Source: Azolla caroliniana
Taxonomy: Eukaryota > Plantae > Polypodiophyta
Direction of reading: 5' to 3'
Length of the DNA stretch: 64,000 nucleotides
NCBI GenBank assembly: GCA_043228905.1
Contig: JBHGNT010000010.1
Location: 14,880,001-14,944,000, forward strand
A program made the position numbers and the translations under genes. Positions 47,601 to 59,966 of the stretch are shown here, in pieces; position 1 is the first letter of the stretch, and each line of letters opens with the position of its first letter. The notes under the pieces were generated by a model that did not search any database, was not told the origin of the DNA, and saw only the letters and a list, made by a program, of their open reading frames with translations.

Positions 47601-48330
47601 AGAGACAATTCTGACGGAGGAAACAATGAAGGAAACGCCGGTGCCAGAGCAACAATCGGAGCCGCAGCCAGAGTCGGAGCCACAAACGGAGAAGCAACCC
47701 CAACCACAATCGGAGCAGCCACAACAGCAGCATCAGCAACAACAACAGCCACAACAAATTCCCGTAGAACCACTGGAGACCCTGGAGCAAAGCATTCAAG
47801 ATATCTTGGACGAAGAGTAAGGGGCCGGTGTGGGATTCGACGTACAAGGTAATGTCCCACGGGCGTGCCATGTGTTACCCGGCCGGCAAAGGAGCTAAGG
47901 ACGCCAAGACCAAGGTGTGAAAAGGGGAATTGTTATTTGGGAATCTTTTGTAATTACTAGTCTTAATATATTAATATATAAGAAGATGTGGACGGACGGA
48001 CCGGAATCGGTATGCCAATCCGGATCCGGACCGATACCAAATAGGTGCTGGTTGGCACCGTTTTGTATTTCGCACCGGTGACCTATATAAAGGCCCGGTT
48101 ACAATGTAGTCATCAACGGAGAGTAATATAAACCTTTTGTTAATCATTGAGTATTGTTCACCGTTCTGTGCTTATTGTATATCTTACGTGTGTTAATGAC
48201 GTATTGCTAAGTAACCAATTAAGATCCAATTAAGCATTGTGTCGTAAGTTATCTCGCCGTAACACCCATTGGTGAAGTGTCTTAAGTGGACACCCTATGT
48301 TAGGCTGTTGTCCGGCCCTAAGGATTAACA
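38613..48330 (+). mobile_element. GyX2: full-length degenerate copy of the GyX family (gag-pol plus ORF3)
   Basis: 458-bp LTRs 38613-39070 and 47873-48330, about 27 differences by eye (~6%); degenerate 5-bp TSD TTCTG/ATCTA consistent with the host gag frame; collinear with GyX1. Confidence 0.93.
44837..47820 (+). pseudogene. Extra ORF3 of GyX2 (~990 codons when pieces are joined), ending just before the 3' LTR
   Basis: Pieces 44837-45925, 46351-47520 and 47626-47820; heptad-like E/K/R/Q/L-rich block followed by a Q/P/E tail; no transmembrane-like segment seen. Confidence 0.8.
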
Positions 48331-49180
48331 ATCTATCCTCCGGAATGTCCCTCATTATCATTTCGGCCTGGTAGGCCTTGAGATAACTCGTCGCGTTCTT
48401 ACCTTCAAACCGGCGTATTGTGCCAACGATCGTTTCGATGGCCCAGTCGACGGTACCTGTACCTTCACGAGCATTCACCAGTCGGTCTACAGTTGCCGCC
48501 ATGGCCTCGGCGAGTTCTGTCCCCCTCATCATCAGACTCCTCTACCGCCTTGATTCACGTCGGGTTCACCAAATTATGTCTCATAATTACGCGTACGTGT
48601 AAGGAACGAAGGCGGGACCGCAGGTGTCCCGGACCGAGTGTGAGAAAAGGGGAAAAGTGAAACAAAGAGCATGTGTCAGGCAAGCTTTGGATGCCAACAA
48701 ACACAAAGCTCGACTGGCTCGGTCGAGATCAGATCGATGCAAGAGACAATTAGAAGAGGAAGAAACCCTCAATCGATTAAGAACGGATTACAATCGGCTC
48801 GCTTGTAATTGAGCCACTACTCAGTCGACAACACACACGCACACACCAAAGACGAGATACAACGTGGAGCCTCTGTTGGGAGCACCTGAGCTTCCCAAAC
48901 GAACAGAGGCGTCCGGCAAAAGAACGCCTGTAGAGAACTCTGATTTATAACGAGCGCTCGCTCCCCAGTTTGACAACACTCAATTTTCCCCAAAACACGA
49001 TCCCCCTCTCAACCCTCTCCCCCGACCTTTATAGGTCCCCGAGGGAGGAGTCATCACATCCTGTAATTACATCATCCTTATTCTCTATCGCTTCGGACAA
49101 AGATTCGTTTTGATTTGTTAATCTATTTAATGTGTCTATATTGTAAAAGCATACGTGTGCAGAAGCGTATTCGTAAGACA

Positions 49181-52100
49181 CTGACTGAGTACACGGTTCG
49201 GAAGTACGACAGTTCGGTAAAACACAGAAATCACAGAGAAGGAGAGAGAGAGAGAGCAAAAACGTAACTATATTCAAAGATAATTCTCTGTATACTCTCT
49301 GTACATACTTTGTGCTCAGTGAGCACCTTTTATACAAGCCTTGACTGACACAAGTATTTACAGTACCTGACCGCTCATAAATGAGCATCCTACACTTACC
49401 TCCAAAATTATTCCTTATGAGGAATAACATTCTAACGGCCTCTCGATTTACATACCGCTACGACCATATTTTGCGTACGGTTTTACTCACCCAGTCTACG
49501 CACTGGGTTACGCACCCAATGTTAAGCTTGTCTCTCAACACTCCCCCTCAAGCTCAACTTGAGGTTCCATATGTTTTCCTCGACCCGTTCAATTCCACGC
49601 GCCTCGACCCTTTCGGTCGGCTCGTCTGCTCATGTGGCCTTTCTCAACTCCCTTGTTGTCGCGGTGTTGGCGCCTCTTTCACTGCCCTTTTCTCCACTTG
49701 GCCCTTAGTTGATTTCGTGTATCCGAATCAAACATTACGATTGAATTGAACATTTCCGATTCATTTATGCTTTCACCCGAATTGGTTGTCTCCAATTCAT
49801 CTTGTGTCTTCAGGCCCTTAACTACATCCGACCATGTCTTAGTCTTGGCCTTTAGGCCTTTCTTGGCTTTATTTCCCAATTATTCGGCTGTCTTCGGCTC
49901 TTCCTTGCAATTACGGCCCTTGTTTTCTTCTTCGGCTTCTTCAGCCGGCCCGAAATCAAATTCTTCATCCGATTCGGCATCGCGGTTACTGCCACTCCTT
50001 TCACGCTCATGTTCCTATTCATGTCTCCCCCTCAAGTTTAGCGTGTCGAGGTGACACAAACCCAGCTCAACCGAGAAATGTTGCAACTTGTCGAGACTAA
50101 GGGGCTTGGTGAAGATGTCGGCAATTTGCCGACTCGTCGGAACATATGCCAGTTCAACTTCACCAGAAAGGACACGCTCGTGGACACAATGGTAGTGCAC
50201 CTCAATATGCTTGGTTTGAGCGTAGAATACAGGGTTTTCGCAAGGTGGATGTTGTTAAGGTTGTCGCAATAGATCGTCGTTGGATCGGACACCTCTACAT
50301 GTAGATCCCGTAATAGCCGTTTCAGCCAAATGACTTCGCACGTAGCAATAGTCACCCCTCGATATTCGGCTTCTGTGCTCGATAGTGCTACTATTGGCTG
50401 CTTCTTACTGCTCCACGTGATGACTGCACTTCCCAATGAGAATGTGTATCCGGATGTGGATCTACGATCATGGGCATTTCCAGCCCAATCGGCATATGTG
50501 TAGGCGACTAACTATTCGGCTACGCCTGCACGATACAGCAACGCCATGTCTTTCGTGCCGCTAACATATCGTAATATCCTTTGCGCGCACTGAAGGTGTT
50601 CGGTCGTGGCCTGCGACATAAATTGATTGATCATTCTGACCGGATAGATGAGGTCCAACCGAGTAATCGTCAAGTAGATGAGGCTTCCGACAATCTATCA
50701 AAACTATGTTGGGTCGCACGCCTTTCCCGAATCTCGGCGAAGCTTTACGTTTCTAACCAAAGGGGTCGAGATGGGCTTACAATCTGCCATCCCAAACTTG
50801 AAGAGCATATTCAAAGTGTAATGACGCTAACTGATCAATATGCCTTCGGGGGAACGGATCACTTCGATCTCAAGGAAGTAATGAAGGTCTCCAAGATCCT
50901 TCATTTCAAACGATGCCACAAGCTAAGACTTTATGCGGCCAGATTCTTCCAGGTCGGCACCGACAATGACTAAATCATCAACATAAAGTAAAAGACAAAC
51001 CGGGCCATGTCGACCTTGCCGAACAAACAATGAAGAGTCTAACTTTGATGTCGTAAACCCCATTCTACACAATTGTTGTGTAATCTTCGCGTTCCAAGCC
51101 CGCGGGGCTTGCTTATGTCCATATAACGCCTTCTTCAATCGACAGACTACCGAAGTGTTCTGTTTAGATAGAAATCCAGGGGGTTGTACCATGTACACTT
51201 GTTCCTCAAGGTCACCTTGTAGGAACACATTCTTTACATCCATCTGATGTAGATGCCACCCCTTCGCCGCAGCTACGGCTAACAGAACTCGCACGGTAGT
51301 CATCTTCGCGACAGGTGCGAAGGTCTTGTCGTAATCGACGTCGTGCTTCTGTGTGTAACCTTTTGCAACCAAACGGGCCTTATATTGGTTGACTAAGTCG
51401 TCAGTGTTGTATTTGACCTTAAACACCCATCTGCATCCGATCGGCTTAACACCTTTAGGTGCGTCAACCAGGTCCCAAGTCTCGTTGTCCGATAATGTGC
51501 GTATCTCTTCCTCCATCATAGCACGCCAGTTTGCGTCTTCCGCCGCTTTTGCGTAGCTCTCCGACTCACGCACTTTTGCCACTCGTGTCATACGCATAAT
51601 GATGCGCCATGTACTCATTATACTCGTACCTCTTTACGGGGTTCTTCAGGCGGGTAGATCGACGTAATTCGTGATTACCCGATTTCACGACCTTTTCGCT
51701 CGATTACGACCTCTTCTGCGGAGGTTCCTTTTCAATTGGCCCGAAGTCAGATTTGCCCCAATCTGACTCGGCACTACCGAAATCGTATTTCGACATTTTT
51801 TCCTTCCCTTTTTCTTTACGCGTGAACCGTCTCCTCGGTTCTTTACGCGGGGACAACATGACCGAGTCTCCACTACTCGCCAGCTCTTCATTTCGTTGGC
51901 CATCTCAACCCAACTCCTCATTCCGCCCACTTAGCCGAAATGAGATCAGACTCTGTCTCAAAGCTCTAATATCCTCATCACGTAGAGACATCTCAGCCTC
52001 GCTAACCTCTTCTTCAGAATTCGTAATGGAATCATGAGGTATTGGAGGTGAAGGCAAATACCACGAAGCGGACTTGTCGTACACGACATCGTGGCTTACG

Positions 52101-53292
52101 CGAACTTCCTTTGTTTGGGGGTTATAGCACTTATACCCCTTCGGTTCGTATGAATAGCTAACCAAAATACAGTTCTCGACTTTGGCATCCAGCTTCCTCC
52201 TCTTCTCCTTCGGCACATGCACATACGCAATGTTGCTGAAAAACCTCGAGTGTGCCAAGTTCGGCTTCTTTCCGAAATACAACTCATGTGGTGACACTCC
52301 TCCATTAGTAGAGGTCCAATTCTGCAAGTAAACAGTCTTCCTTACGGCTTCAACCCAATAAAACTTCGGCATATGCTTGTCTTCAAGCATTGCCCTAGCG
52401 GCTTCTTTGATTGTCCGATTCGTTTGCTTGGCCATTCCGTTCTACTGCGGCATGTATCTACACGAGAATTCGCGTCGAATTCCTTCCTTCTATAGATAAC
52501 TCGTGAACTGGTCGGAGAAGTACTCCTTCCCACCATCAGACCGTAGGCATTTGATCTTACGCCCTATTTCTCTTTCTGCAAGGTTCTTTACCTTCAGGAA
52601 ACATGCAAAGACTTCGCTCTTCTTCACGATCGTACATGCCCAGGTATGTCCAGTGAAGTCATCGATGAAGGTTACAAAGTAATGTTTTGTGTTGGTCCCC
52701 ATACATCCGAATGGATTAAGTCGAGCGGATTTCGACTGTGATTACGCTCGTTTGGGAATGGAAGTCGGCGTTGCTTCCCTAGTTGACAAGCTTCGCAGAC
52801 TTGGCCATTACGACCCCGAAATTTTGGCAAACCGAAAACAATGTTCTTCATCTACATTTCACGAAGCCATGGGAAGTTAACGTGGCTGAACCACTTGTGC
52901 CACAGGTCTATATTTGATTCAACCTTCTGTCCTTCTGAGAGCAGCGCGGTTCCGGCTTGAATGGTGTCAAGAATGAACATCCTCCCTTCACGGTGCCCTT
53001 GCGCGATAACTTGGGCTTCCTCTTCGATGTAGCACCCGAGGTGCATGAATCAAACTTGCATCCCCTGGTCAACGATCTGACCGATCGACACCAGGCTCTT
53101 GGTTATTGTCGGAACGTGTAGCACGTTCATGAGTTTCCCTTTCTACCCAACGTGGCTGAGGGGAACTTCACCGATATGTTTGATGGTATGCGGAGTGTCG
53201 TCTCCCGTTTCAACCACTCCTTGCTTTTCCGGTTTCTCCAAGTATGAGAACCATTCCTCGTGACTCATCATATGATTCGATGCTCCGGAATC
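49181..53292 (-). mobile_element. Cop2: degenerate Ty1/copia (protease to 3' LTR)
   Basis: DSGASNHM, FVTFIDD, RSDGGKEY, KARLVAKG, LYVDD and SSTEAEY; PPT 49541-49548; LTR starts at 49540 and is cut by GyD at 49180. Confidence 0.9.
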
Positions 53293-56200
53293 TATTGGGA
53301 AGTCGGTCCCTCCAGATGGGATCCGATTATGAATGAAGAGGATCCGGTGAGAACCAGAAGAGATCCGGAAACTGGATCGGATGGACCCGGTGAGAACTGG
53401 AAGAGAAGACATATTTGTAAATATATTTTGACATTCAAAGTGATTGCCCTAAGTCATATTTATACTTATATGAACTTAGGGCTATTTGAAAATGTTGTCA
53501 TATTGTTGTATGAGTATGTTGAGCGAGCAAGCTCAACCGGATCAGGATCGGCTGAATAAGCCTGAGCCGGATCGGTATCCGGAAACAACTGGCCGGATCG
53601 GGGAGACAGATCAAAGAGCCGGATTCGAGGGGGAACCGGAACCCTAGTAGTAGCCGAGACTACTAGGTAATCATTGTCCGTAGTTAGTGTCAGTCGCACG
53701 TAGGAATATTGAAGTACATGTCAATACTTCTGTCAACCCTTTATGGACTTTGTATAAATAGTGTTGTTATAGCACATTGTATGTACAGAGTTTTAGAGTT
53801 AATTTTGAATAGAGTTTATGTTCTGCTCTCTCTATCTCTCCCGCATATACTCTCTGTATATTAAGCTTCTCCATTAAACCTTCATCTTATTCTCTGTTGC
53901 TATCCGGCTGAGCCGATTCTGTCTAACGCTTCCGCACGTTAACATTCACATGGTATCAGAGCGCGAGGGTTGAGTACCTCTACAACCGACACTTGCTTTC
54001 GTAGACGAACCCTAGAACCCAGTAACAACAGAGAGAGAGAGAGAGAGAGAGAAGATATGGACAGAGGAATGGCAAGTTCACTTCCAACAGAGAAGCTCTA
54101 CCAGAGCAACTACACGTCCTGGTCATACAAGATGCACTAGTACTTGCTGGGGCATGGATATTGGAGCTTCATGGAAGGAACAAATGAGGTAGCGACAGAG
54201 CCGGCACACGAGGACTTCCCGATATGGGAGCAAGGAGCGAGTCGAGTATTGTACTGCTTCGTGTCCTGTGTGCACGATCAGATGCTCGACAACATAAAGG
54301 ATGCAAAAACGCCGAAGGAGGCCTGGGGAAATCTTAGGAAGATTTTTGTCGCGAGTACCACAGCCCGTAAGTTGCAGTTCTGGCAAGAACTAAACAACAT
54401 CCGACAAAGAGACGTGTGGGTTACGGATTACACCACCAAAATAAAGGAGATTTGTGACGCACTAGGGTCCATGAACGTGATGGTGGACGAAGACGAGATG
54501 GTTCAAATCTGCCTCGGTGGTCTAGCATAACGGTACGGGCCAATCCAGACGGCGATCTGCACTTGGGAGAAGCCACCGTCCTTCTTCAACTTGCAATCAA
54601 TGCTGATGATCGAAGAAAACCACGCAAGTGGGTCCAGGACCACTCAATCGGGCGGCCCGATGCTGTACACGGAGATAGATCGGCCCTATGGACGTGGTGG
54701 ACATGGTGGGTCAACACGGAAGGGAGGCGGCCGGCAAGAGCCAGACTGAAGGCACAGAAGTAGTGTAGACAGCAGTTCCGGACCCTCCACAACTAGGGGG
54801 AGTCAAAGCGGCGCCGGAAGAAGGCAAGGAAAAGCTGACACGGAATGCTGGTATTGTGGCAAAAAGGTCCACAAGGAAAGCGAGTGCTAGAAGAAGCGCG
54901 CCGATACGGACAAATCTGGATCCGGCAAGGTCGGTCGGGAAAACCTACAAAGCTTGCACTACGCGAAAGGATCAGAAGGATCCGCAACCGGGAAGACCGG
55001 TAAAGGGGCCAGCCTTCGTGATGAAGAACAAGGCTAACTCGATGAAGAAGACTACTTCCTGATCGGAGGAAGTATGGTACGTTGATTCCGGAGCGTCCAA
55101 CCACATGACAAGCCATGAAGAGTGGTTATCGTTTTTGGAGAAACCGGAACAAGCGGGAATCGTCGAAACCGGAGACGACACCCCTCACCTGATTGTGCAT
55201 GTCAAAGAAGTCCCTTTGAGCCATGTCGGACAGAAGGGGAAGTTGATGAATGTATTACATGTACCGACAATCACAAAGAACCTAGTGTCGGTCGGACAAA
55301 TCGTCAACCAGGGGATGCAGGTGTGATTTACGCACCTCGGGTGCTTCATAGAGGAAGAAGGCCGGATAATCGCGCAAGGGCACAGAGAAGGGAGGATGTT
55401 CATCCTCAACACCAATGACGTCGTCACCGCCATGTTTGCTAAAGGACAGAATATTGAATCAGACATCGACCTTTGGCATAAGCGGATCGGCCACATCAAT
55501 TACCGGAGGCTTCAGGACTTGCAATCGAAACAATTTGTTTTCGGTTTGCCGAAATTTAGCGGCCGGAAGGCCAAAATTTGTGAAGCCTGCCAACTTGCGA
55601 AGCAACACCGGCTTCCATTCCCCACCGAGCGAAACCGGAGCTGTAACAAGCTCGATCTAATACATTCGGATGTATGGGGACCGCCATAGAACATTAGTCT
55701 TGGCGGGAGTCAGCATTTCGTCTCCTTCATCGACTACTACAGCCGGCACATGTGGATCTACCTCATCGAGAGGAAGGGTGAAGTCTTCAAGTGTTTTCGG
55801 AACCTTCAAAGCTTGGTTGAACGGGAAACGGAGAGGAAGATCAAGTGCCTGTAGTTAGATGGCAGAAAAGAATACTTTTCTTGCCAATTCAATAGTTATC
55901 TGCAGCAGAACGGAATTCGGAGAGAATTCAGTTGCAGATACACACTGGAGCAAAACGGTGTGGCCGAAAGGAAGAACCGATCAATTGTTGACACGGCAAA
56001 GGCAATGCTGGAGGAGAAAAGCATGCCCCAATTCTATTGGGCTGAGGCGGTTCGGACGACCGTCTACATCCAAAACCGAATTGGAGACAAGGTGTTAGCA
56101 CATGAGTTGTATTTCGGGCGGAAGCCGAATTTGAGGCACCTTCGAATATTCGGCAGCATAGCATATGTGCATGTACCGGATGAGAAGCGGAGGAAGCTTG

Positions 56201-57993
56201 ATCCGAAGTCGGAGAAGTGCATCCTGGTCAGTTACTCGCATGAGCAAAAGGGGTATAAGCGCTATAACCCCATGACGAAGCAGGTCCGAGTAAGCTGAGA
56301 TGTTGAGTTCGATGAGACGACATTGTGGTACTTTGTACCGATTCCGACTTCCAACTCTGACCCAATCCCAGAGGATGAGACCAGTGAGCCTAAACCAGTC
56401 CAGATAGAAGATGATGAGCTTGAGACTCTAGAAGAGAATCCGGAATCGTTTTGGTTGAGCGGACCGAATGAGCGACTAGGGCAAAGTGACCAGTCAGATG
56501 AGGAACCGGCGAGTAGTGGAGACTCTGTCGCGCTCTCCCTCCGCAAGGAACCGAGGAGACGGTTCACGCGCAAAGAGAAGGGGAAAAAGAAGATGCCAGA
56601 ATATGATACCGGTAGTGAAGGGTCGGATCGGAGCGGATCTGACCCCGGAAAGGATGAAGGCGGATCTTCAGAAAGGAAGTCTAAATCGGCCAAGAAGGGC
56701 CTCAAACTGGGTAACGACAAGTTATGCCGGTCATCCCGCCAGAAGAACCCCGTTACGCGGTACGGGTACAATGAGTACATGGCACATCACTATCCATACA
56801 TGACCAAAGTGGCGGAAGTGCGTGAGCCAAAGAGCTACGCAGAAGCGGCAAAGGATGCAAATTGGCGTGCTACTATGGAAGAAGAAATGCAGGCACTCGA
56901 TGCCAATGACACATGGGACCTCATTGACCATCCCCGACATTGTAAACCGATTGGATGTAAGTGGGTGTACAAGGTAAAGTACAATGTCGACGGTTCGGTT
57001 AATCGGTACAAAGCCCGGTTAGTGGCTAAGGAATATGCACAGACCCACGAAATCGACTACGACGAGACCTTAGCTCCAATAGTGAAGATGACGACAGTTC
57101 GTGTGGTACTGGCGGTTGTTGCGGCAAGGGGATGGCATCTTCACCAAATGGATGTGAGGAATGTGTCTCTTCAAGGTGATCTTGAAGAACGGATCTATAT
57201 GATCCAACCCCCCGGTTTCCAATCAGAGATGAACAAGTCGACAGTGTGTCGATTCAAGAAGTTGCTTTACGGTCTGAAGCAAGCCCCCCGAGATTGGAAT
57301 GCGAAGAACACACACCAGTTGCGTAAGATGGGGTTTGTGACCTCTAAATGCAACTCATCGTTGTTCATCCGGCAAGGTCCAGACGGTCCGGGTTGCATCT
57401 TACTTTATGCAGATGATTTAGTCATCACCGGACCCGGACTCAATGAAATCGGTCGTGTCAATCCCCAGCTGTCAAACGCATTTGAGATGAAGGACCTGGG
57501 GGACCTTCATTATTTCCTTGGGATCGAGGTGATCCGAACCCCCGACAACATATTGCTCTCACAACGACACTATGTGTTGAATATGTTGTACAAGTTCGGC
57601 ATGACGGAATGCCGACCTGTCTCCACACCCCTAGACCCGAACCAGAAGCTCTGTCCCAACTCCGTACCGGCCTGCAATGAGAAACGGTTCCGAAAAATAG
57701 TCGGAAGCTTGATATACTTGACAATCACCCGACCCGACATCAGTTATCCGGTCGGAGTGATCAGCCAATTCATGCAGAAGCTGACCGTCAAGCACCTTCA
57801 GTACGCCCACCGGATACTCTCGTATGTCAGCGGCACGAAGGATCGCGGATTGTTATACCGACACAGTATAGCTGGGAAGCTAGTCGGATATACCGATGCC
57901 AACTGGGCTAGTGATGCATCGGATCGCCGATCCACCTCCGGTTACATGTTTTCCCTTGGTAGCGCAACTGTTGCTTGGAGCAGCAAAAAGTAG
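53293..57993 (+). mobile_element. Cop3: degenerate 3'-truncated Ty1/copia related to Cop2, inserted in opposite orientation into the Cop2 protease
   Basis: LTR ~53293-53950; PBS TGGTATCAGAGC 53951-53962; gag from 54069; DSGASNHM, integrase and RT (LYADD); ends at AWSSKK inside RNase H. Confidence 0.9.
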
Positions 57994-58950
57994 TGGATTG
58001 AGACTTTTTGCAAGGTACATTGGCTAGGTTTGGTTTCTCTCAAGAATAGATTGCATGTATCTCCTCCTTATATAGCTCAACTCATAATAGAGTTTTACTG
58101 GCCAGACATTATGGCCCTCTTTTCACCATTTCACGATGAATTAGACAAGTTTGCCCTTTGGCTCCTTTCTTATTTCCATTCTTTGTCGAGGCGACGTTTG
58201 CGTTTTTTAGTGTTGATGATATTGGTTTACGTGGATGATGTATCGCATTCTCAAATGTACGATTAAGGGAAGTTGAATTTGTTGATGACACTACCTTATA
58301 CTTACATGGTGATTTGAATAACCTACATAAAACTAAAATGGCCCTCACAACATTTTGTAAGGCTTTTAGGGGCACTTGTTAATTGGAATAAATCGATGAC
58401 ATTGTGGGTTGAGGATGAAGAACCTCCATTATGGAATCCACCTCCACAATTTTGTTGGATCCCACGAGATAGTCATGTTCGATATTTAGGATGTACAATA
58501 GGTATTGATTTATCAATAGAAAATTAAGTGGCACCCCTCTTAATGACGTTGTTATTCTGGGGTTTAGCAAAGTTGTCTTTCGCATGCCGGATTATAGTTG
58601 CCAACCAAGTATTATTGGGAAACATGGTACATTTTATCTTCTTAAATCTTTTCCAAGTCATGCATCATGCAAATACGAAGATTGATTCGAAATTTCTTAT
58701 GGTTTGGAAAAGCTGAGGATCATGCCTAGTCTAGAGTTAAGCGGGATATAATTACCTTACCTTGTTCCAAAGGAGGATTAAGTATTATTGATCTAGTAGA
58801 TCAAACCTGAGCATTATTGGCTAAATTGATTATTAAATGATTCTCCCAATCAGGAGGTATGAAAAGTATTGCTACTTAATCGTTATTCTAAATGTTTTCC
58901 TTGCTTAGTGCATCCTAATCAAGGATATAAGTTGGATATTAAACAGGGAA
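57994..58950 (+). mobile_element. Highly degenerate L1-clade LINE ORF2 (RT) fragment
   Basis: Scattered motifs in LINE order: VD*DFLQGTLARFGF, IRQVCPLAPFLF, EFVDDTTLYL, GALVNWNKS, RYLG, LSFACRIIVANQVL, RNFLW, KGGLSIID. Confidence 0.75.
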
Positions 58951-59829
58951 AGTTTCAGGATGCCATTATCTCATAGATGGGAGGACAAATTTATTTGAAC
59001 TATTTTTTCTGCATCGACGCAACTCTTACCTGGATTGCTCGACAATAAACCTAATCATTATGATGAATATTTAAGGAAAAGATTACTATAGAACCTATTT
59101 TGTATATGGTTAGTGTTGGGTTCTACAATGGTTGACATGGGGGCAAAATGGTAGAAGGTCCTGCAAACTCAATCAAGACTTGGCAAGTTTTTTATCGCAC
59201 TCCTGGGAGGAACAAACGCAAGTATTGCCAAGATGCATGGAGGAAAAATAATGTATCGGCAAATTTAGGAAGCTATTGATAAAGCCACCATACCATCCAC
59301 TAGCTCTCATCTGAGACGGGTAGGTATTTTTTCAAGATTGGAAGTACTCATGACTATAAAGGGGTATTTAAAGGATAAGACCTTTCGTCTTTTTTATGTG
59401 GATAATGCAAGTCAATTATCTCCATTGCAAGAAGTAGTAATCAATTATCCTTATGTTATGGAACACAAATTAAGGGTAATATGATACACTGATCACAAAA
59501 TTTGGTATGTTGAATCGCCGATAGAGGACATAAAGTCACCTTGCGTTTCCGCTTTGCTTTTCACTATGATGTTGAATCTATGGACCATGATTTTAACACA
59601 AACTCTGGAATAGTTCCCTTCCTTCTGCCCATCGCGTTTGAGAATCGAAACAATGTAAATAAATTGCTTACACTAACGAATGGATATATATCCTTATTTT
59701 TTATTTTATTTTTAAAAACAAAAACAAGATGGGCGGTGTTTCTTTTTTGCTTTTCTATTTGGGAGAAAAAGCGAAAAGCAAAAAAAAGCGAAAAAGCAAA
59801 AAGCAACGTCGAAGGGACGTGCTCCCTCT

Positions 59830-59966
59830 GCAGAAGAAGAAGAAGAAGAAGAAGAAGACGAAGGTCCCTGAGAATCTGGCTATGGCGGTTGAATCTGACC
59901 CGCGATGATGATGCAGGTTTTGCCACAGATCAGCGTTTCTTCTTCTTCTTCTTCTTCTTCTTCTTC
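59830..59966 (+). repeat. Opposed (GAA)n and (TTC)n microsatellites
   Basis: agaagaaga... at 59832-59857 and ttcttcttc... at 59937-59966. Confidence 0.85.

Larger units (their letters stand above)
37425..49180 (-). mobile_element. GyD: 5' part (LTR, Trp PBS, degenerate gag) of another GyC-clade gypsy, split by GyX2
   Basis: LTR 48577-49180 with imperfect terminal inverted repeats; PBS 48553-48571; gag RRFEGKNATSYLKAYQAEMIMRDIPEDR (48331-48532) resumes as RMFGFLRVV below 38612. Confidence 0.8.

Noticed and set aside
44837-47820. Calling GyX ORF3 an env gene
   Set aside because: No signal peptide, TM helix or fusion-protein features are visible
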